Both the position numbers and the translations under genes were made by a program. A stretch of DNA of 63,967 nucleotides, filler included, from Chiloscyllium plagiosum (lineage: Eukaryota), in the NCBI RefSeq assembly GCF_004010195.1. It is 5 parts of one record of this genome, joined end to end, with 100 filler letters (N's around TTAATTAATTAA, not from the genome) between each part and the next. Parts side by side here need not be neighbours in the genome. Positions count along the whole stretch, not along the records: positions 50,597 to 59,728 come from NC_057714.1; positions 59,829 to 63,967 come from NC_057714.1; 3 more parts are not named here. One strand, 5' to 3'. This document shows, one piece after another, positions 55,011 to 63,967 of the stretch (position 1 is its first letter; the number at the start of each line of letters is the position of its first letter). The notes beneath the pieces are model-generated. The model worked only from the letters and a program-made list of their open reading frames with translations. It did not search any database and was not told the origin of the DNA.

Positions 55011-55340
55011 GGGGCAGCACGGTGGCTCAGTGATTAGCACTGCTGCCTCACAACGCCAGGGACCTGGGTTTGATTCCTGCCTCAGGTGACTGTCTGTGTG
55101 GAGTTTGCACATTCTCCCTGTGGAGAATGTGCGTGGCTTCCTCTGGGTACTTTAGTTTCCTCCTGCAATCCAAAGATGTGCAGGTCAGGTGAATTGGTCA
55201 TGCTAAATTGCCCATCATGTTAAGTGCATTAGTCAGGGGTAAATGTAGGTGAATAGGTCTGGGTGGATTACTCTTCGGAGGGTCAGTGTGGACTTGTTGG
55301 GCCAAAGGGCCTGTTTCCACACAGTAAAGATTCTAATCTA
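55011..55340 (+). mobile_element. HE1-type V-SINE, near full length
   Basis: tRNA head ggggcagcacggtggctcagtgattagc...gggtttgattcc, V-domain ctgtgtggagtttgcacattctcc, CR1-like tail. Confidence 0.88.
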
Positions 55341-55685
55341 AAGTGATCACCTTTCATTCTTCTAAATTCCAAGGAACACAGGCTTAATTTACTCAGCCTC
55401 CCATTATAGCAGAACCCTCTCATCCCAGGAACCAGTCTAGTAAAACTTGCCCGCACCATCTACAGTGCAAATGTTTCCTTCCGTAAATATGCAAGCTAAA
55501 ACTGCAAATGTTGAGTGTGGTTTCACTGAAGACCTGTGCAACTTAGCAAAACGTCCTTATTTTTGTACTCCAGCCCTTTTGCAATAAAGTCAAAATGTGT
55601 GGTGCTGGAAAACCATGGCAAGTCAGGCAGCATCCGAGGAGCAGGAGAATCGACATGCCCTTTTCCTTCCTAGTTATTTGCTATA

Positions 55686-55860
55686 CAGAGGAACCTCGAT
55701 TATCCAAAGGACACCGTTAGGGATGTATTTTGTTCAGTTAATCAAATTCCGTATAATCGAGTGCCAGAATACATAGTTAGCCAAGCATCAGGACCTTGCG
55801 ATCTTGTTCGGATAATCTGAAATTCAATTATTTGAATGTCGGACATTCGAGGTTCCTCTT
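55686..55860. mobile_element. Tigger-like MITE
   Basis: TA-CAGAGGAACCTCGATTATCC ... TCGAGGTTCCTCT; same TIR as 33378-34026. Confidence 0.7.
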
Positions 55861-56245
55861 ACTTACCTGTTAATTTTCAGTGCTCCTTATTCATCAAAGT
55901 CCCTCTGAACATCAACATTTAGCAATGTCATGCTTTTTAATAATTATTCTGCTTTTCTGTTCTGACATCCAAGGTGAGTATCCTAATACAACCTCTTTAT
56001 ACAACCTCTACCACCTTGTCGCTATTCACTCATTCTGTTAATGTCTCTACAGCATATTTGTGCCCTCCTCACAGCTTTATATTTCCAACTAGCTTTGTAT
56101 TGTCAGCAAACTTAGACACATTACTTGCAGTGTCTTTGTCTCAATTATAGATATAAATTACAAATTGTTAATGCTTAAGCACTTGCCTTTGTAGCGATCC
56201 ATCAGTCACAGCCAGCCAACCTGAAAATGCTCCATTTATCTTTAC

Positions 56246-56423
56246 TCGAAAGTGTGGTGCTGAAAAGGTACAGCAGGTCAGGCAGCAACCGAGGAGCAGG
56301 AGTATTGGTGTTTCAGGCATAAGCCCTTCATCAGCTTCCTCAAATACTGCCTGACCTGCTGTACCTTTCCAGCACCACACTCTTGACTCTGATCTCCAGC
56401 ATCTGCAGTCCTCACTGTCTCCT
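56246..56423. mobile_element. PLE pLTR inverted mini-insertion with 12-bp TSD
   Basis: TSD atttatctttac at 56234-56245 and 56424-56435. Confidence 0.75.
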
Positions 56424-58719
56424 ATTTATCTTTACAAAACATTAAGCAATAAATCATTTGATTGTGCAACAAAGGCAATGTAAAAACTATGGGAGTCATT
56501 AATCTTCATATAGGCTGAACTAACCAATTTTTTAGATTTGGTTGGGAGTATAAGTTTACATGTTTTCATGAACATTTCCTGGAAGAATATACTGTGGTTC
56601 TAATGATAGATTATGCTATTACAGATTTAAATGAACCACCCCTTTCTAACCACTATTATTTGCATGAGATTTATTTGTTGATGGATTAATCCTTTTTTTC
56701 CTTCCTCTCCCACTCTGCTTGTTTTTAAGTTGTTCTATTGTTTAGTCACTTTGTCTCTTCTCTGTAGATTTTTAAACTTCCCTTCAACTACAAAGATAAG
56801 ATATCTTTAGTTTGAGCTCCTCAGCTGACACAGAAATTGGGACACTTAAGATAAATATCAAGGTCTTAATAAATTGAAGGATGAAGCAGAACACAGAAAA
56901 TGCAAAGGAGAGCTGACACACAACATGAGAGAAGCTGGAAGATAGCAGAGAAACCAAATGTAGCTGCATCAAAGAGAACACTGATGTATTTATAAAAATA
57001 TAAGAAGTAAAAGGACAGGCAAAGGATGGTCTGTTTACCAAAAACAATCTTGGAAGCAAAGGGCAGGGTTGCTTTAAAATGACATGTTTACATTTGCCTT
57101 TACTGAGAACTTGCTGCCAATTACACAGTAAAAGAAGGCAGGGTGAAAGAAAAGACAAAGAAGTCATATATAAATGATGCATGGCACTCAAAGGAATAAA
57201 AGAACTCAATCTAGTTGGAAGCATCCGAATGTATTGAAGGAAATAAAGGAATCGAGGAAAACTGGAACAATGGCCATTGTTTTACAATGTTACTTCAACA
57301 TGAGTGGAGCCAGGGGAATGAAAAGTTACAAAAGATGCACCTTTGTTAAAAAAAAAGACAGAATTTTTAAAAAGGGCCCCACAAGTCAGGGAACCGAAAT
57401 ACAGTATGGGAATTTTTTTTACAGACTATGATCCAGGAGGAAACACTTCTAACAAGCATCAACAAACAAAAGCCAAGTTGGATTTGTTGAAAGGAAATTA
57501 CATCTCGAGCAGAATCAATAGAGGTCTGAATGACATTGGCTATGGTGCAGAATGTGAGAGAATTGCCTGAGAAGTCCAACAAGGTCTTTCTCGATGTCAA
57601 GATCAACAATCTATATTTTCCAGCAAAGTTTTGTATGTCAAGACGAGATTCCAGCGAGGAAATGGGGAAATGCACATTGAAGGGCATATTGGTCTCATGA
57701 ACTGCAAATTACACCTAATTAACTTGCAGTGCTCTATCCTAATGCCCACTGCAAGGAGACTAGTCACCAAGAATTCCCAATGTGAAAGACTGCGCGCTTG
57801 CCTGATGACTCCAATTTACTCCACCAGATCTCCATCTTGGATACCTAGCACCAACACTCTGTGGCACATTTTGGGCATCAGCCACACTCACTGCCTATCT
57901 TCAAGAGCTGGCATCCAACACCTTCTCAGGACACTGACAGCGCCTCTCCAATCTACTTATTGGATGCTTGCGCACTTTAAAGCTGCACTAGGGATGTGCT
58001 GGCTGCTAGCGTTGAAAAACAGAATGTAGGGACAGACACCCAGCTCATAGATTGGACCAGACTGCATCTTAGCGCTGTTCACTTGCTCTCTCAGTGCTCA
58101 ATCAGTTTGAGCTTTCCCCTTTTTGCACTTTTCACCCTTCGCACACATTCCCCACCACAGCAGCCCTTGCTACCAAATTCATAACTTCTATCCTGCCTTG
58201 CCTTTTAGCACAAACAAAAAGCCAGGAGCTTGTCATAGTTGCCAGCAACCCTCAGTCAAGACAAGGGAGACAGCTTTCAATTCGAGGATTCCATAACGGT
58301 AAGTGATGGCCAGCCTCCAATCTCAATCCAGCAGATTGAGCCTGTCAGTCAGCCAGGGGTTGGCAGGTTCAAGACCTTTTCCTCATAGCGGGTGAGGAGC
58401 TGAATATTAGGCAGCTCATCTTGGCTCTTTCTGCCTTAATGTGGCCTGTTTTCTCTTGGACTGAGAGAGACAGGGGGATTGAGTCAGATGAAAGTGGGTG
58501 GCACAGCTGTTAATGATGGTTCTGGTGTTGATGGGGTAAAGGTAGTACAGTGTCCAAGGTGAGTGGAATAGGCAGCACAAAGGGCATGTAGGATTAGGAG
58601 GTGGGGAGCTGGGTCGATGTGAGATGTGAGGGGAGATGGTGAGGGTGATAGGACATGAGCTTTCATATGGTCAATGCAGTAGCAGAGTGAGTATGAGGTA
58701 GCAAAGAGAAGATGATGAT

Positions 58720-58935
58720 ATTTACCCTGGCCAAGTGGAAAAGGTCATTGACCTTCCTTCTTCACAATTGGGGATTCCCACTGAGATCACAATAACCTGG
58801 ATGTTAATTTCAGATCAGGCTACCAGGGTTTGATACCATGGCCTCCTCTGCTGATCCTGGTGGATGAGGACATTTGATTTCTTCACCAGCCCATCTATGA
58901 CTTTCAGGTGCATGTCAGGTACCAGTTTTCTCTTT
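58720..58935 (-). pseudogene. Harbinger/PIF Myb-SANT-like exon remnant
   Basis: LKVIDGLVKKSNVLIHQDQQRRPWYQTLVA ... RRKVNDLFHLAR followed by donor-like gtaaat. Confidence 0.5.
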
Positions 58936-59564
58936 TGTGCCACATGATGAACTGTGCAATGCAGTTCCAGACTGAGTACACAAAGTTGACAGAGGAACCA
59001 GTGATACCAGGTCATTCTAGGATATCTGGGCAGCAGTGGTTGAAGTGAGCTAGCATTGGATGAGATGGGGTCTGTGGTTAATGATGGAGGTTTGTGGAAT
59101 AACATGAGAACCACCAGGCTTCATGGAGAGAAAATCCTCCATGAAACTCAACCAAATTGACACTTAGTCAAAAAGATCATTCAGCCCATAAGATTTCATG
59201 AAGATAGTGCAGTTTATTCTGTGTATGTGGACCTTCAGACAGTATTAGATCATTTGCTATATAATAGTTTTGCTCGTAAAACTGAAGCCAATGGATTTAA
59301 ATAAGCTATAACATTATAGATAAAATATTTACAAAGAGAGAGAAAGCAGAAAGAGTGGTAAAGAATGATGGTTCAATCTAGAGGAAAGGACAGTGTGGTT
59401 ACCCCAGGATTAGGTATTGAGACCACCGCTTCTGTATTTTAAAACTGCTCTCAGGATGCATTGGCAGCTAGCATTAAAATAATGCTATAGGGATACCTTG
59501 CACATAGAAACAGACACACAGCTCCTGGACTGGACCAGATTGCATTTCAGGGTTAAAACCAACT

Positions 59565-59728
59565 AGGTAAAAACAATGACTGCAGATGCTGGAAACCAGA
59601 TTCTGGATTAGAGGTGCTGGAAAAGCACAGCAGTTCAGGCAGCATACGAGGAGCAGTAAAATCGACGTTTCGGGCAAAAGTCCTTCATCAGGAATACAGG
59701 CAGAGTGCCTGAAGGGTGGAGAGATAAA
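59565..59728 (-). mobile_element. PLE pLTR with hammerhead core
   Basis: Minus strand CTGATGA-A-GGAC-TTTT-GCCC-GAAACGTC. Confidence 0.75.
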
Positions 59729-59828
59729 NNNNNNNNNNNNNNNNNNNNNNNNNNNNNNNNNNNNNNNNNNNNTTAATTAATTAANNNNNNNNNNNNNNNN
59801 NNNNNNNNNNNNNNNNNNNNNNNNNNNN
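59729..59828. other. Assembly spacer
   Basis: N44-TTAATTAATTAA-N44. Confidence 0.97.
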
Positions 59829-62800
59829 ATCTTCACAAGAGCTCCCACGAGGGGAGATGGGTGCCGACTAAATCCGTCGCTACACTTGCACCCAGTGTGC
59901 CCGTCGCCCGGGACTGGGCCAAGGACGGTGCCTTCGGAGCCGTCTGCCAACTAGTCCCGGAGGTGTGGGCCACGAGCAAGCAGGACTGCGGCCTCATCCG
60001 TTCTCCTCCTGAGCAGATACCCGGGCCCGTACACGCCCCGCACCGACAATACCCGATTAAACCTGAGGCGCTGCGCGCCACTGAGGCAATCGTTGCTGAA
60101 CTCACCCGACACGGCGTCCTGCGCCCGGCGGTGTCCACCACAAACTCCTCTATATGGCCAGTCCAGAAGCCGGATGGCAGCTACAGGCTCACCATCGACT
60201 ACACGGCACTCCTGAGGCGCTGCGCGCCACTGAGGCAATCGTTGCTGAACTCACCCGACACGGCGTCCTGCGCCCGGCGGTGTCCACCACAAACTCCTCT
60301 ATATGGCCAGTCCAGAAGCCGGATGGCAGCTACAGGCTCACCATCGACTACACGGCACTCAATAGGGTCACCCCCAAAGAACACCCTATCGTAGCCAGTC
60401 CGACCACCATCTTCAACGGCCTCGAACCCTCACATCGGATCTTTACGGTCCTGGACGTGGCGAATGGCTTTTGGTCCATTCCCCAGCACCGTGACTCACA
60501 GGACAAGTTCGCCTTCACGCTGCGGGACAGGCAGTACACATGGACCCGCCTGCCACAGGGCTTCCACAATAGCCCTAACATTTTCCACAGGGTCATGAGC
60601 CAGACCCTGGAGGGGTGCGACCCCTTCTCGAGCACCCTCCTACAGTATGTAGATGACCTTTTGATCGCGTCCACGGACGTGTGCCAACACCTGGGGGCCC
60701 TGCCGCCGTCCTGCGGACACTCGCCAGGGCAGGATTCAAAATAAGCTCCACGAAGGCTCAGGTTGGACTGGCTAAAGTCCGCTACCTGGGACACGACATC
60801 AGCCAGGGGAGCAAGACCTTACCCGCCGACCGCAAGTCGGCCATCGCCGACATGCCGCGGCCGGACACAGTCAGGGGAATCTGCCGCATCTTGGGGCTTT
60901 TTAACTACTGCCGCCCCTTCATTGCACATTTCGCCACTATTGCCGAACCCATTCAGTGCCTGGTGAAGGGGGGCAGGCCGGGAGCGGAGAGGGTGGTATG
61001 GGGACCCGGACAGGACGATGCTTACTCTATGTTAAAGTCCCATCTCCTCAGCGTCCCGGCCCTGCGCCTCCCCGACCTATCCAAGCCCTTCCACATCTTC
61101 TACGGACTCGAGGGGGGGTTTTACAGCTCTGTTGTCACGCAAACCTCAGGCGACCACATGAGACCAGTAGGTTACTACTCCACAAAGGAGTCCCCGGTCG
61201 TGAAGGGCATGCACCGCTGCGTGGCGGTGCTGGATTGCGCCGCATGGGCAGTCCGGGTGTGTGAGCCGGTCATCACGTCCGGACAGATAATACTACGCAC
61301 TAGACACACGATAGTTGAACTCCTGAACACGGGCCACCTCTGGATGGTCTCGGATGCCCGCAGGGCAACTTGGGAGGAGGTTCTCCTCCCCCAGGACCAG
61401 TCCATTCAGACCATTAGGGACACAGGACTAAACCCCGCCGACGGGATTATCGCGGTAGGGAACCCCACCATTGCCAGGCCGCCATCGACTCGGCGGAGGG
61501 GGACTGCGCGGCCGACAGCCCGGTCCCTGATCCCGACCTGACCTTGTATGTGGACGGCTCATGTAGGCTTGTCGAGGGGTCCTACCAAACGGGATGGGCA
61601 GTGGTCGACCATATCGGGACCACCCGAGCACAGGGAACAATGGGGGGCGACACCTCCGCCCAGGTTGCGGAGCTGGTCGCCCTCACCGCCGCACTCCGCC
61701 TGGGAACAGACAAACGGGTAAACATCTTTACCGATAGCCAGTACGCTTTCGGGGTAGTCCATGATTACATGGCAGCGTGAAGCCGCCGGGGCTTTATCAC
61801 GGCCGGCAGTGGCCAGATTAAACACGAAAATACGGTCCGCGACCTGGTGGCGGCCGCACGCCTCCCCCTGCTCGCTGCGGTGATAAAAATCAATGCACAC
61901 CAGCGGGCCACCACCGCTGAACAGCTTGGGAATCATTGGGCTGACCTGGCCGCCAAGGCCGCCGCGGGTGCAGCGCTACCACCCGCGCATGCAGCACCCG
62001 CTACTGAGGTCCGGGATGTGAATGTCCTGGACGTCCAGAATTGCGTGCAGCCCGGTGAGTTAGAGGACTGGCTGGCAAAGGGCGCAGCCCGCGGCCCCCA
62101 ATGGGGTGTGGCGGCACGGTGACAGGGTCGTGGCACCCGCTGCTATCAGAACGTCCTTGATGCAATTACACCACGAGCCGGACCACGCGGGCCGCGACGG
62201 GACGCTTGCTAGGCTCCAGGCAGACTGGTGGTGGCCCGGCCTCAGCTGCGATGTGGCCAAACACTGCCGCCGATGCGTTGTCTGCGCCCAGCACCCGGGG
62301 CGGCCCCTGCGCATTCCCCTGGCGCACCAGCCACGGCCCAAGGGGCCCTGGGAGAACCTCCAGGTTGATTTCACAGGCCTCCTGCCCCCCAGCCGTGGCA
62401 AGAAGTATTGCCTGGTGATCGTTGACCATTTCACGCGCTGGCTAGAAGCCTTCCCTACACGGGACAGTACATCCGCCACCGTGGCCAGAGTGCTGGCCTT
62501 CGACATCTTCCCTCGCTGGGGGATCCCCCTCCAGATTGACTCGGACCAGGGCACGCACTTCACCGGACACGCAATGAAACTGGCCTGCCGCCTCCTAGGC
62601 ATCAGACAGCGCTTCCACATCCCCAGAGCTCCGGGATGGTCGAGCGCATGAACCGGACCCTCAAAGCGGCGATCGTGAAGGCCCACCCCAGGCCGCTCCA
62701 CTGGCCTCACCCCCTTCGAGCTCATGACGGGGAGGGCCATGCGACTATCAGAGAACGTCATGGTCGGGGGGGAAGACATGGCCCCCCTGAGGGACAGGGT

Positions 62801-63089
62801 GACGTGCTATATCAGGCAGCTGGACACGCAGCTGCGGGCCCTTAGACAAACTGTGTGCGACCAACAGGACATTAGGGACCAGACAAAACTGCAGCCGCAT
62901 CTGCCCTCCCAACCCCTTCCCGGCGTTGGGGACAAAGTCCTGGTCAGGGCCGCCCCCGACCGACCCGGCTTCGCTCCCCGGTGGCTGGGATCGCACGAAA
63001 TCATCCTCACCAGCAACACTTGCGCCTGTGTCGACATGAAGGGAAAGGGCAGGTGGAAACACTGGTGCCAGCTCAAGCCCTACCCTTAA
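59829..63089 (+). pseudogene. pol: Endogenous retrovirus pol (RT, tether, RNase H, integrase), frameshifted
   Basis: WPVQKPDGSYRLTIDY; LDVANGFWS; TRLPQGFHNSP; LQYVDDLL; tether PDLSKPFHIF..PVGYYS; RH YVDGS..SAQVAEL..TDSQY..GNHWAD; IN HHEPDH..CVVC, QVDFTG, DSDQGTHF, VERMNRTLK. Disruptions near 60210, 60700, 61470, 62100, 62640 and 62690, plus TGA at 61778. Confidence 0.93.
60062..60359 (+). repeat. Perfect 149-bp tandem duplication inside RT
   Basis: 60062-60210 equals 60211-60359. Confidence 0.92.
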
Positions 63090-63123
63090 GCCCCGACCGG
63101 ACAGACACTCCCCCTTGACTTGA

Positions 63124-63238
63124 CTCTAACTCTTTCTCCTTACAGTGCAACGGGTGGACCGGCTCCAGGGAGACCTGCTCCTACACACACTAACCCTACA
63201 CCCTTGGTAAGGGTGCCTCTCTCCCTGTCTTCCCACAG
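63124..63238 (+). promoter_or_regulatory. Two splice acceptors and one donor upstream of env
   Basis: ctctaac-tctttctccttacAG (63145); G/GTAAGG (63207); cactaac...ctctctccctgtcttcccacAG (63238), 3 nt before the ATG. Confidence 0.6.
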
Positions 63239-63241
63239 ATC

Positions 63242-63967
63242 ATGCTTTACCGGTGCACCGCTCTCCTCCCTGCTCTCCTCTTCGCCCTACGACTGGCGCC
63301 TTCCTTCCCCAAAATACATGACAACTTCTACCGCCACGGTGTTGCCTTCAACGCGTCCGACGCCATCTGTATTCCTGCAAGGGACAAGCCCGATGTGATC
63401 GACGTGTTCTACAATGCCTGGCTGGAGGTCCTCCCGGGCGTACAGACACTCTGTTTATTCTGCACGTCGGAGCGCGACCCGCGGCCGACCTGCATCCGGT
63501 GTGCTGAGGCGATGGGTTTGGGGGGTTGCATGTTCGGGACAATGTGTGCCATGCCAGAGGACCTCTCCTCTGCCCCGGCATTTGATGCCTTTACTGTACG
63601 GGATTTGTCTGTTTGTGGATATTACGAGCCTACTGATGCCGCGGTAGTCCCTTTGTATTTGTGCTTTCCACCCGCCCCGACCACACCGCCCCCGACCACG
63701 ACTCCCGATATATTGCCGTGCCCCTCCCTGGGACCGGGGCCCGCGGGGGGACTGGTATTGTGGGATGAGGGAGAGGCCCTTTATGACAACGTCCGACACG
63801 AGGTCGTGCCTGTGCTGGTCAATATATCGGGCATCCGGGTACCGGACTACTGCACAGCACAGGTACGCAACCTATACGCCATGATGGGGAAGGAGGTTAT
63901 AGAGAGGGCCATAGACGCCATGGGGGCAACCCACTACCGAAATGACATACATAACACGCACACACAA
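63242..63967 (+). CDS. env: Putative envelope glycoprotein N-terminus; open to the window edge (242 codons, no stop)
   Basis: Hand translation: MLYRCTALLPALLFALRLAPS (signal-like), Cys-rich domain, PAPTTPPPTTTP, GPGPAGGLVLWDEGEALYDNVRHEVVPVLVNIS...; sequons NAS and NIS; lies after integrase and a splice acceptor. Confidence 0.75.
   Translation, partial: MLYRCTALLPALLFALRLAPSFPKIHDNFYRHGVAFNASDAICIPARDKPDVIDVFYNAWLEVLPGVQTLCLFCTSERDPRPTCIRCAEAMGLGGCMFGTMCAMPEDLSSAPAFDAFTVRDLSVCGYYEPTDAAVVPLYLCFPPAPTTPPPTTTPDILPCPSLGPGPAGGLVLWDEGEALYDNVRHEVVPVLVNISGIRVPDYCTAQVRNLYAMMGKEVIERAIDAMGATHYRNDIHNTHTQ

Larger units (their letters stand above)
54650..56235 (-). mobile_element. Degenerate CR1 RT/3' end carrying nested SINE, PLE and MITE insertions
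   Basis: Reverse complement gives SKFADNTKL and CR1 3' motifs. Confidence 0.65.

Noticed and set aside
62060..62779. 239-aa antisense ORF over integrase
   Set aside because: Expected in GC-rich sequence opposite a coding frame; no independent evidence for an antisense gene.
1..63967. CRISPR arrays, rRNA, true tRNA genes or prokaryotic operons
   Set aside because: None seen; tRNA-like boxes belong to SINE heads and the repeats are dispersed, not spacer-interspersed.

Overview
Repeat-saturated eukaryotic genomic DNA, most likely a cartilaginous fish (inferred from HE1-type V-SINEs and shark-type CR1 and Penelope-like families). It is made of five contigs joined by 100-nt spacers (N44-TTAATTAATTAA-N44), so adjacency across the gaps is unproven. 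No host protein-coding gene could be supported; most recognisable ORFs in the track are fragments or antisense shadows of transposable elements: nested CR1 LINEs, Penelope-like elements (PLEs), a decayed Gypsy, a Rex/Babar fragment, SINEs, Tigger-like MITEs, Harbinger Myb remnants and a solo LTR. Three things stand out. (1) The last contig (59829-63967) is a GC/CpG-rich endogenous retrovirus with RT (YVDD), a degenerate RNase H tether, an active-type RNase H and integrase. It is followed by splice acceptors and a stop-free 242-codon signal-peptide ORF missing from the ORF track; the motifs point to a lokiretrovirus/spuma-like lineage with an unusual envelope. (2) At least three families of PLE-derived mini-insertions carry minimal hammerhead ribozyme cores, several as ~90-bp inverted repeats with 11-15 bp target-site duplications. 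(3) A HERV-I-like 5' LTR-PBS-gag remnant with a rearranged capsid lies at 2069-3647.
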